Positions 1 through 10,190 of a stretch of 64,000 nucleotides of DNA are shown one piece after another; position 1 is the first letter of the stretch, and each line of letters starts with the position of its first letter. The DNA comes from an uncultured delta proteobacterium. GTDB taxonomy: Bacteria > Desulfobacterota > Syntrophia > Syntrophales > UBA5619. A program made the position numbers and the translations under genes. Below the pieces are notes generated by a model. That model was not told the DNA's origin. It did no database searches and saw only the letters and a list, made by a program, of their open reading frames with translations. The stretch is taken from contig CAWFOM010000016.1 of NCBI GenBank assembly GCA_963817385.1, positions 64,001-128,000 of the forward strand, written 5' to 3'.

Positions 1-465
1 CCCATCCGCCCCGAAGACGAGCCTCTGGAGCATGAGATGCTCACCACCGTCTCGGAGGCGACCCTCCGCTCCCGGTTCTACCAGAACCTCAAGAACATCA
101 GCCACGCCATGCACGTGCGCTCCTGTCACATCGATTATGACCGGGATATGGCTATAGTAGCCGAGATACGGCAGGACCAGAAAAAACGCCTCATCGGCAT
201 CGGAAGCCTCTCCATCGACGCCAACGGCGGCGGCGCCTCGGGGGAATTTGCCGTCATCGTTCACGACGACTTTGGGGGGCGGGGCCTGGCTTCCAAGATC
301 CTCGACATCCTCGTGGGAATCGCCATGGAACGGGGTCTGAAGGAATTCTACGGATTTCTGGAACCGACGAACGGCCGGATGACCGCGCTCTGCGAAAAGA
401 TGGGCATGACCCGGCAGCGTATCTCCGATGATCTCGTGCGGGTCAGTCTCGCCCTGGTCGAGTAG
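1..465 (+). CDS. GNAT acetyltransferase domain, likely C-terminus of an acetate-CoA ligase/Pat-type protein (5' partial)
   Basis: Frame open from base 1 (PIRPEDEPLEHEM...LRSRFY), EFAVIVHDDFGGRGLA acetyl-CoA-binding motif. Confidence 0.8.
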   Translation, partial: PIRPEDEPLEHEMLTTVSEATLRSRFYQNLKNISHAMHVRSCHIDYDRDMAIVAEIRQDQKKRLIGIGSLSIDANGGGASGEFAVIVHDDFGGRGLASKILDILVGIAMERGLKEFYGFLEPTNGRMTALCEKMGMTRQRISDDLVRVSLALVE

Positions 466-503
466 ACCTGGCCAACCGGTGCGTCCGCGCCCGGATTTGC
501 CAC

Positions 504-543
504 GCAAAAAGGGCGTCCGGCTGCAGCCGGACGCCCTTTTTGC
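504..543. terminator. Bidirectional intrinsic terminator
   Basis: Perfect 40-bp palindrome GCAAAAAGGGCGTCCGGCTG/CAGCCGGACGCCCTTTTTGC between the convergent CDS and tRNA. Confidence 0.85.
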
Positions 544-545
544 TC

Positions 546-639
546 TGGCGGAGAGAGGGGGATTCGAACCCCCGTGAGGGCTTTTGGCCCCCAAATCGAT
601 TTCGAGTCGATCCCGTTACGACCACTTCGGTATCTCTCC
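546..639 (-). tRNA. tRNA-Ser (CGA)
   Basis: GGAGAGA acceptor stem, anticodon arm ATCGA-CTCGAAA-TCGAT, long variable arm, GGTTCGAATCC T-loop, 3' GCCA. Confidence 0.95.
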
Positions 640-698
640 GGGTATCTCTTTTCTTCCATTGTCTCTCCCCCTCTTGCGGGGTAGGATCGAGGGGAGAG

Positions 699-1163
699 TC
701 ACGGGCGCGATAGTAGCCTCTTTTCGCGAAAAAAGCCACTCAATATTTCCGCACAGGCCTCATGGAGCACCCCCTCGGTGACCTCTACGGCGTGGTTCAG
801 CCGAGAGTCTTCGAAGAGGCGATAGAGGCTGACCGCGGCGCCGTTCTTGGGATCCCGAGCGCCGAACACGATCCGTCCGATCCGGGCCTGGAGGATCGCC
901 CCCACACACATGAGGCAGGGTTCAAGCGTCGCGTAGAGCGTCGTCCCGGTGAGGCGGTAATTTCCCGCGGCAGACGCCGCCTTGCGAATGGCGAGGAGCT
1001 CCGCGTGCGCCGATGGATCGTTAAGGGCGATGGGGTTATTGTGCGCCTTCGCGAGGAACTCCTCCCCCCGGACGATTACCGCCCCGACCGGCACCTCCCC
1101 CGCCGACATGGCCAGGGCAGCCTCCTCCAGGGCCAGGCGCATCCATTTCTCATCAGACTCCAT
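699..1163 (-). CDS. tadA: tRNA adenosine(34) deaminase
   Basis: GEVPVGAV, AHAE, TLEPCLMC motifs. Confidence 0.93.
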   Translation of the reverse strand: MESDEKWMRLALEEAALAMSAGEVPVGAVIVRGEEFLAKAHNNPIALNDPSAHAELLAIRKAASAAGNYRLTGTTLYATLEPCLMCVGAILQARIGRIVFGARDPKNGAAVSLYRLFEDSRLNHAVEVTEGVLHEACAEILSGFFREKRLLSRP

Positions 1164-1263
1164 CGGTTCTTCCCTTCCCGTTATCCGTCCATCATTTTCC
1201 ATCTTTGACTTTTCCCGCGAATTCCGTCATTATCCACCGGAACGAGGGAGGCAATCCAATCCC

Positions 1264-1815
1264 ATGACGGCCAAGAAGTTTCTCATCCCCTTTGTGCTGG
1301 CGTCGCTCGCCGGCCATGCGCTCGTCCTTGCTCTGACGACACGCATCGATTGGGACGTGAGCCCGCAGGAAGAGCCGACGCAAAAAGTAATAACGGTCGA
1401 ACTCAAAGCGCCCCCGGAAAAGACGGCCCGGCGGTCTCCTCCCCGCCGCAGGGTGCCGTCCCAGGCGGCGCGCGCAAAGGATGGTGCCCGCGAAGGTTCG
1501 GTGGCCCTGCAGGGCGAGGCGAGCCCCTACAGCGCCTATCTTCTGATGATCCGCCGGAAGATCGAACGGCTCTGGAGCTACCCGCCGCAAGCCCTTGCTC
1601 AGCAAGAGGAGGGAAACGCCGTGATCCGCTTCACGATCGATGCGGACGGCATCCTGTCGGGATACCACGTCATAACCACCTCCGGCTCTCAAATCCTGGA
1701 CGAAGGGGCCCTCGCCGTTGTGCGGGCCGCAGCCCCCTATGCTCCCCTTCCCGAGGCGTTCAACCTCTCCCGACTCCATATCACCGCAACGTTCAGCTAC
1801 CGGATGGGGGAATAG
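1264..1815 (+). CDS. TonB family protein (N-terminal TM helix, TonB C-terminal domain)
   Basis: SLAGH anchor helix, WSYP..A, SG..ILD..AL..V..AAP. Confidence 0.8.
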   Translation: MTAKKFLIPFVLASLAGHALVLALTTRIDWDVSPQEEPTQKVITVELKAPPEKTARRSPPRRRVPSQAARAKDGAREGSVALQGEASPYSAYLLMIRRKIERLWSYPPQALAQQEEGNAVIRFTIDADGILSGYHVITTSGSQILDEGALAVVRAAAPYAPLPEAFNLSRLHITATFSYRMGE

Positions 1816-1819
1816 AGGG

Positions 1820-3427
1820 TCAGATCTCCGAGACGATCCCGGCGATGTTCCGGTTCACCTCGAGGAGACGGTCTCTCAGCTCCGTCTGCTCTACCCAGGC
1901 CTTCGCCTCCATCCGGTCCCGGCGCTCCTTGAGTTGGGCGAGCCGTGTCTCCATGTCGGTGATGAGGAAGCCCCAGTCGATCCGCGGTGCCGCCTTATCG
2001 GGATATTCGACGCGCGCGAGCTCGCGACCCGCTTCCATCGTCACCTCTTCCAGATAGTCCGGGATAGAGACCGAAAGGCCGAAACGGCTCCGGATGAGGC
2101 CGGCGAGCTCCTGCTGGGCGCCGTACTCACCGTGGATGAGGAAGACCTGGAGCCCCTTTGTCTTGAAATGGCCGAGCCAGTCAAGGATCTGGCTCTGCCC
2201 CGCATGAGCGGAGAAACCGTTGATCGTGAAGATCTTCGCGTTCACGGCGATCTCCTCGTTGAAGATACGGACCTTCTTTGCCCCGTCGACAATCTTCCTG
2301 CCCGTTGTCCCTTGCGCCTGAAAACCGACGAAGACAACGCTCGCCCCTTCGCGCCAAAGGTTGTGGCGGAGGTGGTGCTTGATCCGCCCGGCGTCGGCCA
2401 TGCCGCTTGCAGAGATGACGACTGCGGGGCCGCGGAGATTGTTTATCTCCATAGATTCCTGCGTAGTGAGGGTGTAGCGGAGCTGGGGGAGCGCGAGGGG
2501 GTCCTCGCCGCCGGCGAGGAGACGCTTGGTCTCCGGGTCGAAATAATCCCGGTATTTCCGGAAGATCTCCGTTGCCTGGATGGCAAGCGGGCTGTCCACG
2601 AATACGGGCATGTCCGCGGGCAGACGACCGTCTTTGGCAAGCAGGTGAAGGGTGTAGATCATCTCCTGGGTCCGCTCCACGGCGAAGGCGGGAATGATCA
2701 CCTTCTCGCCCCGGGTGTAACTGTAAGCCACCGCCTCGGCAAGTTCGTTGAGGCTTTCATGTTCGTCCTTGTGGTTCCGGTTCCCATAGGTCGACTCCAA
2801 GAAGAGGACGTCGGCCTCGCCGATCACCGTCGGATCCTGCATCATGAGCTGCTCCGGCCGGCCGAGGTCGCCCGAGAAGACAATCCGGCTCGTCTTGCCG
2901 TCTTCCGTCACCGCAAGCTCCACCATCGCCGCACCGAGGATATGGCCCGCGTCCCGGAAGGTCACGCCGAGCCCCGGAAACGGCGAGAAGGTCTCATTGT
3001 AGGTTACGGTCGAAAAGAGAGGAAAGGCGGCCTCCGCATCCTTTTGCGTATAGAGGGGGGTAATGTCATTGACTCCGTACCGGTTCCTTTTACGGCTTTT
3101 CCACTTCGCCTCCATCTCCTGAATGTGGGCGCTGTCCAAAAGCATGATGCGGAGAAGATCCTGTGTCGGCGGGGTCATATAAACCTTGCCGTGGAACCCT
3201 TGCTGAACGAGACGGGGGAGGAGCCCGGAGTGGTCCATGTGGGCATGGGTCATCACCATGAATTCAATCCCGGCGGGATCGTAGATCTCCATGTCCCAGT
3301 TGCGCTTGTCGATCTCCGCGTTTCCCTGATGCATCCCGCAGTCGATCGAAAACCGATGCCCTCCGGCCTCCAGGATGTAACAGGAGCCGGTCACCGTTCT
3401 GGCCGCACCCATAAATCTGATTTTCAT
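1820..3427 (-). CDS. MBL-fold beta-CASP ribonuclease
   Basis: GAARTVTGS, THAHMDHSG, AGHILG, ESTYG, FSAHA motifs. Confidence 0.9.
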   Translation of the reverse strand: MKIRFMGAARTVTGSCYILEAGGHRFSIDCGMHQGNAEIDKRNWDMEIYDPAGIEFMVMTHAHMDHSGLLPRLVQQGFHGKVYMTPPTQDLLRIMLLDSAHIQEMEAKWKSRKRNRYGVNDITPLYTQKDAEAAFPLFSTVTYNETFSPFPGLGVTFRDAGHILGAAMVELAVTEDGKTSRIVFSGDLGRPEQLMMQDPTVIGEADVLFLESTYGNRNHKDEHESLNELAEAVAYSYTRGEKVIIPAFAVERTQEMIYTLHLLAKDGRLPADMPVFVDSPLAIQATEIFRKYRDYFDPETKRLLAGGEDPLALPQLRYTLTTQESMEINNLRGPAVVISASGMADAGRIKHHLRHNLWREGASVVFVGFQAQGTTGRKIVDGAKKVRIFNEEIAVNAKIFTINGFSAHAGQSQILDWLGHFKTKGLQVFLIHGEYGAQQELAGLIRSRFGLSVSIPDYLEEVTMEAGRELARVEYPDKAAPRIDWGFLITDMETRLAQLKERRDRMEAKAWVEQTELRDRLLEVNRNIAGIVSEI

Positions 3428-3589
3428 AGTCACCTCATGAGGGAATATCCGCACCCGTTCATATCGCAACGATCCGGGAATTGCAACGGCCATTCACCGC
3501 CTGCGCCCGGCGAAGCCACTTCGGTCTTGACAGGCTCTCCCCTTCCGGGTAGATTCTTTGGCACTTGATCCCGGGAAGAGGAAACAGTC

Positions 3590-5032
3590 ATGCATCCCGA
3601 AATACGCCGCACCCTTCAGGAAATAGACACGACGGGCTGGAAAGAGATCACCGTCGAATACGGACGGGAGATCCTCCCCGTCCGCGTCCCTGCGGACTGC
3701 GACATCCTGTCGATGAAGGAGATCCCGATCCTCGACGATCCGCGGGCAGCCTTCGAGGACGCCCTCTCGCATCCCATCGGGTGCCCGCCGCTCGAAGAGA
3801 TCATCCGGTCCAAGGGGAAACCGGCGGCGGCGCTCAAAGCCGCGGTAACCGTCTCCGACATCACGCGACCCGTACCGTACCGGGAGGAAAACGGGATGCT
3901 CCGACCGCTCCTGAACCGCCTGGAGACGGCGGGAATCCCCAAGAGCAACATCGCGATTATCGTCGGCAACGGCATGCACCGGCCGAGCACGCCTGCGGAG
4001 TGGGTCGAGATGTTCGGCGATCAGATCGTCCGGGACTACCCGGTGATCAATCACGACTGCGAGGACCTCGCATCGCTCACGTTTGTCGGTAAAAGCACGA
4101 CCGGCGGCGATGTCTTCGTCAACAGCGCCTTCTCCCGGGCCGATCTGAAGATCGCCACGGGGCTGGTCGAGAGCCACTTCATGGCAGGGCTCTCCGGCGG
4201 GCGGAAGGCGGTCTGCCCGGGTCTCGTCGATAAGCGGACCATCGAGAAGTTCCACAGTCCCGCCTTTCTCGAATCCCCGCTGGCTCAGAACCTGATTCTC
4301 GAGGGGAACCCCTGCCACGAAGAGTCCCTGGCGATCGCGCGGACTGTGGGGGTGGATTTCATCGTGAACGCGACCCTCGACAAGGACCTCCGCCCGACCG
4401 GCGTCTTCGCCGGGGAGCTCGCGGCGGCTCACGAGGCGGCGGCCGCGCTCGTTAGGGACTACGTCTCCGTCCCGGTCGAGCGGGAGTATGACATCGTCCT
4501 CACCCACGGCGGCTACGTCGGTCGGAACCACTACCAGGCGGTGAAGGCCGCCCACAACGCGCTTCCGGCGATCCGAAAAGGGGGGACCCTGATCATCGCC
4601 ACGGACAACCGCGACGAGGACCCGATCGGCGGACCGGAATACCGGAGCCTCCTGCACATGCTCAAGATCCAGGGACCGGAACATTACCTCCGGCTGATCG
4701 AGACTCCCGAGTGGTGCTTCACCAAGGACCAGTGGGAGCCGGAGATGTGGGCAAAGGTCTTCCGGAAGATCGACCCGAAGGATTTCGTCTACTGCACGCA
4801 CACCATTCCCCGGCAGGACTACTGCCTGATCCCGGGCCGCTGCGGTCTCGATTTTCTGCACGCGGAAACGGAGCGCCCCCCTGCCCGAACGGTCGGGGAG
4901 ATGGTCGGAAACGCCCTTCGTTTCGCGGTCGCCGAATTCCGCAGCAAAGGGATCGAACCCACGGTCGCCTTCATTCGGGAAGGGCCTTATGCGATCCCCT
5001 ATCTCCGGGGAACGGAGGCGACGGCCCGGTGA
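3590..5032 (+). CDS. larA: LarA-family nickel-pincer-dependent racemase/epimerase (DUF2088)
   Basis: SDITRP, GMHR, NHD, HFMAGLSGGRK..PG motifs; substrate not determinable. Confidence 0.8.
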   Translation: MHPEIRRTLQEIDTTGWKEITVEYGREILPVRVPADCDILSMKEIPILDDPRAAFEDALSHPIGCPPLEEIIRSKGKPAAALKAAVTVSDITRPVPYREENGMLRPLLNRLETAGIPKSNIAIIVGNGMHRPSTPAEWVEMFGDQIVRDYPVINHDCEDLASLTFVGKSTTGGDVFVNSAFSRADLKIATGLVESHFMAGLSGGRKAVCPGLVDKRTIEKFHSPAFLESPLAQNLILEGNPCHEESLAIARTVGVDFIVNATLDKDLRPTGVFAGELAAAHEAAAALVRDYVSVPVEREYDIVLTHGGYVGRNHYQAVKAAHNALPAIRKGGTLIIATDNRDEDPIGGPEYRSLLHMLKIQGPEHYLRLIETPEWCFTKDQWEPEMWAKVFRKIDPKDFVYCTHTIPRQDYCLIPGRCGLDFLHAETERPPARTVGEMVGNALRFAVAEFRSKGIEPTVAFIREGPYAIPYLRGTEATAR

Positions 5033-6771
5033 AGACGGTCATCGAAGCAGAGCATCTCCGGAAAACATTCGGAGAGATTGTCGCCGTCGATGATCTCTCT
5101 TTTTCGGTCGCCGCCGGCGAGTGCTTCGGAATCCTCGGCCCCAACGGGGCGGGAAAGACCTCCACAATCCGGATGGTCTACGGATTCTCGCCCCCCACGG
5201 CGGGGACGCTCAGGATTTTCGGTCTCGACATCACCCGCGAAACCCGGGCCGTGAAGGCCCGGATCGGCATCTGCCAGCAGGAGAACAATCTCGATCCGGA
5301 CCTGACGGTGTTCGACAACCTCGTCGTCTTCGCCCGCTACTTCGATATCCCGGCGGCCGAGGCGGTGCTCCGCGCCCGCGATCTTCTGAAATTCATGGCC
5401 CTGGAGCACCGCGGGGACGCCCGGACGGTCGAGCTCTCCGGGGGGATGGTCCGGCGGCTCGTCATGGCCCGCGCCCTCCTCAACAGGCCGGAACTCCTCA
5501 TCCTCGACGAACCGACGACCGGTCTCGATCCCCAGTCACGGCATCAGGTGTGGGATCGCCTCGATGAACTCCGTGCGGACGGGCTTTCCATCCTCATCAC
5601 GACGCACTACATGGAGGAGGCGTCCCGCCTCTGCGATCGGCTCATCATCCTGGACGGAGGGCGGCTTCTCGTCGAAGGGAAACCCGCCGAGCTGATCCGC
5701 CGCCATGTCGGCCGCCATGTGATCGAGGTGGCGGAACCCGCCGACGGCCTCACCGACTTTCTCCGGGAAAGAGGGGTGCAATACGAGAACTTCAGCCATC
5801 GCCTGATCGCCTCCGTGGAGGACGGAAGCGACATCTACCGTGAGATCAGCAATCGCTACTGCGCCGGAGGGTGCACCATGCGGATGGCGACCTTGGAGGA
5901 TGTGTTCGCCTCGCGGCTCCGCCTGCACTCGGCGTCCACAGAGGAGCGCCTTGCCTCGGGCTTTTTCGAGAATGGGTTCAGATTTAGCGGACTCTATCCG
6001 CCGATATCCCGCCGGTTCATCCGCGTCTGGCAGCGGAACCTCACCGCCTACCGGCAGAGCTGGAAGATCAGCTTCATCCCGCCGCTCCTGGAGCCCCTCT
6101 TCTACATCCTGGCCTTCGGCCTCGGCCTGAGTGGAATGGTGGGGGACATCCGGTATCAGGGGCAGGAGATCTCCTACGTCGCGTTCATCGCCCCGGCGCT
6201 CATCGCGATCACCATCATGAACAACGCCTTCTTTGAAAATACCTACAATTCCTTCGTCCGGATGTACTACTACAAGACCTTTGATGCGATGATGGCGACG
6301 CCGCTCACCGTCGAGGAGATTATCACGGGCGAGATCCTCTGGGGGGCGACGAAGGCCCTGATCGCAACGGCAATCATGATGGCGGTGATCAGCTGCTTCG
6401 GCCTCATCCGCTACCCGGAGGGCCTGCTCCTGCTCCCGCTGGCCTTCCTCGGGGGCCTCGCCTTCGGCGCCGCGGGGATGGTCTGCACGGCACTCGTGCC
6501 CACCATCGAACTGTTCAACCTGCCGGTCTTCCTCTTTATCACCCCGATGTTCCTCTTCGGCGGTACCTTCTTTCCCCTCGGGAACCTTCCCCTCTGGGCA
6601 CAACGAACGGCAGCGGTCATGCCGCTTACCCATCTCGTCGATCTCTCCCGAGCGTTCAGCTGCGGCCGCATCGACACTTCGCTCATTCCGCAAGCGGCCT
6701 ACCTGGCAGCCTTCGCCGCGGCTGCCTTTCCGCTGGCGATCCGGAGGATGCGCCGGCGCCTGATCAAATGA
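5029..6771 (+). CDS. NodI-like ABC ATPase fused in frame to NodJ-like ABC-2 permease
   Basis: GTG start overlapping larA stop; GPNGAGKT, LSGGM, LDEPT; after TLEDVF an atypical linker then an ABC-2 permease with several TM helices. Confidence 0.8.
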   Translation: MKTVIEAEHLRKTFGEIVAVDDLSFSVAAGECFGILGPNGAGKTSTIRMVYGFSPPTAGTLRIFGLDITRETRAVKARIGICQQENNLDPDLTVFDNLVVFARYFDIPAAEAVLRARDLLKFMALEHRGDARTVELSGGMVRRLVMARALLNRPELLILDEPTTGLDPQSRHQVWDRLDELRADGLSILITTHYMEEASRLCDRLIILDGGRLLVEGKPAELIRRHVGRHVIEVAEPADGLTDFLRERGVQYENFSHRLIASVEDGSDIYREISNRYCAGGCTMRMATLEDVFASRLRLHSASTEERLASGFFENGFRFSGLYPPISRRFIRVWQRNLTAYRQSWKISFIPPLLEPLFYILAFGLGLSGMVGDIRYQGQEISYVAFIAPALIAITIMNNAFFENTYNSFVRMYYYKTFDAMMATPLTVEEIITGEILWGATKALIATAIMMAVISCFGLIRYPEGLLLLPLAFLGGLAFGAAGMVCTALVPTIELFNLPVFLFITPMFLFGGTFFPLGNLPLWAQRTAAVMPLTHLVDLSRAFSCGRIDTSLIPQAAYLAAFAAAAFPLAIRRMRRRLIK

Positions 6772-6836
6772 TTACTGCTTCGTGGAAAGAGCGGTCAAAA
6801 GCTGGCCGAACCGCATGTTGAAAAAGTCGCTAAAAA

Positions 6837-6872
6837 AACCGGCCGAACGGTAAAAGCGCGTTCGGCCGGTTC
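6837..6872. terminator. Hairpin between convergent genes
   Basis: AACCGGCCGAACG...CGTTCGGCCGGTT inverted repeat with adjacent A-run. Confidence 0.7.
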
Positions 6873-6898
6873 TCTTCGTGGCTATGGTGACGGGTAAA

Positions 6899-7090
6899 TT
6901 ACTTGGCCGGTGCTGCCGGGGCAGGAGCCGCCGGGGCTGGAGCTGGCGCGGGGGCCGGCGCAGGAGCCGGTGCGGCCGCCTTGGGCGCCTCCGCCGGTTT
7001 CTGCTCTTCGGCCTTCTTGCACCCTACAACTGCAAAGGATAATGCCGCGAAGAAACACAGGGAAAAAATAACAGCTAATACTTTCTTCAT
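6899..7090 (-). CDS. Small Pro/Ala-repeat lipoprotein
   Basis: Strong AGGAGGAGG RBS, signal peptide with lipobox VVGC, (AP)n tail. Confidence 0.8.
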   Translation of the reverse strand: MKKVLAVIFSLCFFAALSFAVVGCKKAEEQKPAEAPKAAAPAPAPAPAPAPAPAAPAPAAPAK

Positions 7091-7150
7091 GTGTGTACCT
7101 CCTCCTTTCAGAAATTAGGAACTGAGGGACAACCCCTCGTTTAGGCGTCT

Positions 7151-7178
7151 ATAGTAGTTAATTTTTTCTCATTGTCAA
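7151..7178 (-). promoter_or_regulatory. Putative sigma70 promoter of the lipoprotein gene
   Basis: TTGACA-16 bp-TACTAT on the minus strand. Confidence 0.5.
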
Positions 7179-7194
7179 GATCTATTCATCATCT

Positions 7195-8573
7195 TGTCGG
7201 AAGCAAGTAGACTGTCCGGGTTCGTAGCAGACAATCTGTCCGGTTTGTTATGGTCACCGATGGAGGTGACGGATGAGACGGACGGAGATGCTACAGGAGA
7301 TCCGGAAGATGCGATTTGAAGAGGTGTATTTTGGATGGAATGAGAGTCGGTTGACCCAGGAAGAGGCGGCGCGAATCTTGGGGGTTTGTGATCGGACGTT
7401 TCGTCGGTACAGAGATCGGTACGAAGAGCGAGGGTTAGCAGGATTATCGGACAAGCGATTGACGCAGGCATCACACCGTCGTGCACCTGTGGATGAGATG
7501 ATTGCTGTTGCAGAGCAATATGAAGGAAGGTATCGGGGTTGGAACGTGAAGCATTTTTATGGGAAGTATCGAGAGTTGGAAGGAAAACGGAGTTACACGT
7601 GGGTCAAGAACACTCTTCAGTCGAAGGGATTGGTTCCCAAAGCGGCCAAGCGAGGAGTTCATCGGAAACAGAGGGAGCGAGCCCCATTACCCGGCATGAT
7701 GGTGCATCAGGATGGGAGCAACCATGAATGGGTGCCGGGAAAGAAGTGGGATTTGATTGTAACGATGGATGATGCGACAAGCGAACATTACTCAGTGTTT
7801 TTTGTTGACGAAGAAGGAACGGCAAGCAGTTTTCAGGGGGTACGGGATGTCATCCTTCAACGAGGCCTGTTCAGTGCTCTCTATACCGACCGGGGGAGCC
7901 ATTACTGGTTCACGCCCAAGGAGGGCGGAAAGGTGAGTAAAACTCAGATCACCCAGTTCGGACGAGCCATGAGTCAATTGGGGATTGAGATGATCCCCGC
8001 CTATTCACCGGAGGCGCGAGGACGCAGTGAACGTAACTTTGGCACCCATCAGGGCCGGCTTCCCCAGGAACTGGCTTTTCATCACATTACCACCATGGCT
8101 GCCGCCAACCGTTACCTGACCCAGGTGTATACGCCGGCGTTCAATGCCGAATTTATGCACCCGCCCACCGAGGAAGGATCCGCATTTGTGCCCTGGGTTG
8201 GGACAAACCTCGATGACATCCTTTGTGAACACTACGAGCGGACGGTGACTCCCGATAACTGCGTCAGTTTCGAGGGAAGAACGCTGCAAATCCCTGCAGA
8301 CAAGTACCGATGCCATTATGTCAAGGTGAAAATCTCTGTCCATCGATATGGGGATGGATCGCTTGCGGTCTTTCACGGCCCGCGTAAACTGGCCGATTAT
8401 GACACCCAGGGGAAACTAAAGAAGTTCACCAAAGAAAAGGCAGCGTAGGTCCGCCGCTCGCCTCCTGATCAGGAACAAGCTTCGGGCTCCACCCTCTGCT
8501 CTCCTCTTCCTGATCAGCACAATGCGGACAATTCATTTGCTACAAAACCGGACAAATCTATTTGTTGCTAACA
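7195..8573 (+). mobile_element. Complete insertion sequence, IS1202 family (formerly ISNCY), 1379 bp
   Basis: TGT...ACA ends, imperfect IRs with repeated TGTCCG subunits, flanked by 16-bp direct repeat GATCTATTCATCATCT (7179-7194, 8574-8589). Confidence 0.92.
7273..8448 (+). CDS. DDE transposase (IS1202/ISNCY type)
   Basis: N-terminal HTH, HQDGS.H.W, MDDATS, YTDRGSH, SPEARGRSER..GT.QGRL. Confidence 0.93.
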   Translation: MRRTEMLQEIRKMRFEEVYFGWNESRLTQEEAARILGVCDRTFRRYRDRYEERGLAGLSDKRLTQASHRRAPVDEMIAVAEQYEGRYRGWNVKHFYGKYRELEGKRSYTWVKNTLQSKGLVPKAAKRGVHRKQRERAPLPGMMVHQDGSNHEWVPGKKWDLIVTMDDATSEHYSVFFVDEEGTASSFQGVRDVILQRGLFSALYTDRGSHYWFTPKEGGKVSKTQITQFGRAMSQLGIEMIPAYSPEARGRSERNFGTHQGRLPQELAFHHITTMAAANRYLTQVYTPAFNAEFMHPPTEEGSAFVPWVGTNLDDILCEHYERTVTPDNCVSFEGRTLQIPADKYRCHYVKVKISVHRYGDGSLAVFHGPRKLADYDTQGKLKKFTKEKAA

Positions 8574-8884
8574 GATCTATTCATCATCTATTGATTATCA
8601 TCATCTTCGGATGGCTTTTTGCGCTGTCGACGAATCGGCCGAAGGAAGCGACGATCGGCCGCGTCGGAGGCGCTCAGAAAACCGATCACCTTTGCCCGCG
8701 TCGAGAGGAACATGGAACCGGGATGCCTCGGCCTTCCCGGGTACGACACCCGTTGCGGGTTACCCATGGCAGACGTCTTCCGGCGAATCAGTGCTCCGCC
8801 GTTCGCGCAAAATATGTTGAATTTCTTGAAGAAGCGCAGTATAGCGGCCCTGATACTCATGAACTTCGGACTGAGGATTATTGC

Positions 8885-9742
8885 ATGAAACGCCGCTGGA
8901 CACTCGTTGAAACGCCGTCGGACTTGGCAGAGGCCGAAAGGTCGATCCGCACCGCCGGGATTATCGCCCTCGACACGGAGTACGATTCCTTTCGCTATTT
9001 TCGTGACATGCTCTGTCTCATCCAGGTCCAGACCGGTGAAAAGACCTGGCTGATTGATCCGCTGGTAGGCCTCGATATCTCCTTCCTGGGCGATGTCCTG
9101 AACGATCCCGATGTCCTCAAGATCCTCCATGCCGGCGATAACGATATCCGTATCCTCAAGCGGGATTACGCCTTCGCCTTCCGGAATATCTTTGACACGC
9201 ACCGCGCCGCTTCGCTGATCGGCTGTCGCCAACTCGCCCTCGGCAAGCTACTTGAGTCCTACCTCGGCGTCACGTTGGTGAAGAAGATGCAGCGTTCCCG
9301 GTGGGATCTTCGGCCCCTTACCCAGGAACAACTCGACTACGCCGCCCTCGATACCGCCCATCTGCTCGACCTCTCCCTGAGGCTCGACCGGGAGCTCCAT
9401 GAAAAAGGGAGGGAAAAAGAGGCCGAGCAGCTCTTCGTCGGGATGACGGCCGTCATCTGGCAGCCCAAAATCCTTGACCGCCTGGCGCACCGGAGGCTCC
9501 CGGGATACCCGACGCTGACCTCCGGGCAGAAGGAGCGCCTCCGGGAACTTTTTCGCTGGCGCTTCGAAAAGGCACAGGAGACCAACCGCGCCCCCTTCAT
9601 GATCCTCCCCGATCAGCATCTCGTCGGTCTCTCAAGGCTGGAAAATGCCTCCCTCGACGCCATGGCGGGCGTGGGTCTCCTGACTCCCGAGAAGGTGCAC
9701 CGTTTCGGCGGGGAGCTCCTCGATATCCTCCGGACGGACTGA
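8885..9742 (+). CDS. rnd: Ribonuclease D-like 3'-5' exonuclease with HRDC domain
   Basis: ALDTEY, LCLIQ, FDT, W..RPL..EQLDYAALD, C-terminal WR...A...NRAPF. Confidence 0.8.
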   Translation: MKRRWTLVETPSDLAEAERSIRTAGIIALDTEYDSFRYFRDMLCLIQVQTGEKTWLIDPLVGLDISFLGDVLNDPDVLKILHAGDNDIRILKRDYAFAFRNIFDTHRAASLIGCRQLALGKLLESYLGVTLVKKMQRSRWDLRPLTQEQLDYAALDTAHLLDLSLRLDRELHEKGREKEAEQLFVGMTAVIWQPKILDRLAHRRLPGYPTLTSGQKERLRELFRWRFEKAQETNRAPFMILPDQHLVGLSRLENASLDAMAGVGLLTPEKVHRFGGELLDILRTD

Positions 9743-9770
9743 AAACAGGATAGAGCGCTCCGGTTTTCCG

Positions 9771-10190
9771 GCCAGCTTGAGCGAAGCCTGGGCGTGTTGA
9801 AATACTCGACGATCATGATCTTCTGCCTCTTGCGCTCGTCGAGGATGACCGCTATGCAGGTCACCTCGCTCCCCGTCCCCGCGGTCGTCGGAATGACGAT
9901 GTGCGGAGTCTGCTGCCGCGTGAGAAACTGGATCCCCTCGAAGTTCTCGAGACCACCGACTTCCGTCAGGAGGATGCAGACCATCTTCCCCGTGTTGATG
10001 ACGCTTCCGCCCCCCACGCTGACGACACAGTCGGCCTCCTTCTCGCGAGCGAAGGCGGCGGCGCGGTTCACCACGCCCACACCGTTATCCTGAGGAACGT
10101 CGCTGAACACGCCGAAGCACTTGTCTCCGAGCGCCTTCAGAACTTCCTCGACCAGCCCTACCTTCAGCACTCCCGGATCACAAGTTCTCT
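9771..10190 (-). pseudogene. Truncated iron-containing alcohol dehydrogenase fragment (approximate limits)
   Basis: GGGSVINTGK and IPTTAGTGSEVT motifs only; N-terminus and C-terminal metal-binding half absent. Confidence 0.75.

Noticed and set aside
546..639. tRNA-Sec, given the selenoprotein and long variable arm
   Set aside because: The anticodon is CGA and the acceptor stem is the standard 7 bp
1718..4861. Long ORFs antisense to real genes (1718-3568, 3494-4861; similar shadows elsewhere, e.g. 46269-47804, 59515-60675)
   Set aside because: Shadow ORFs typical of GC-rich coding DNA; the opposite strand carries clear family motifs
8522..8884. N-terminal extension of the RNase D ORF
   Set aside because: It begins inside the IS right end; the GAGG-preceded ATG at 8885 is the better start
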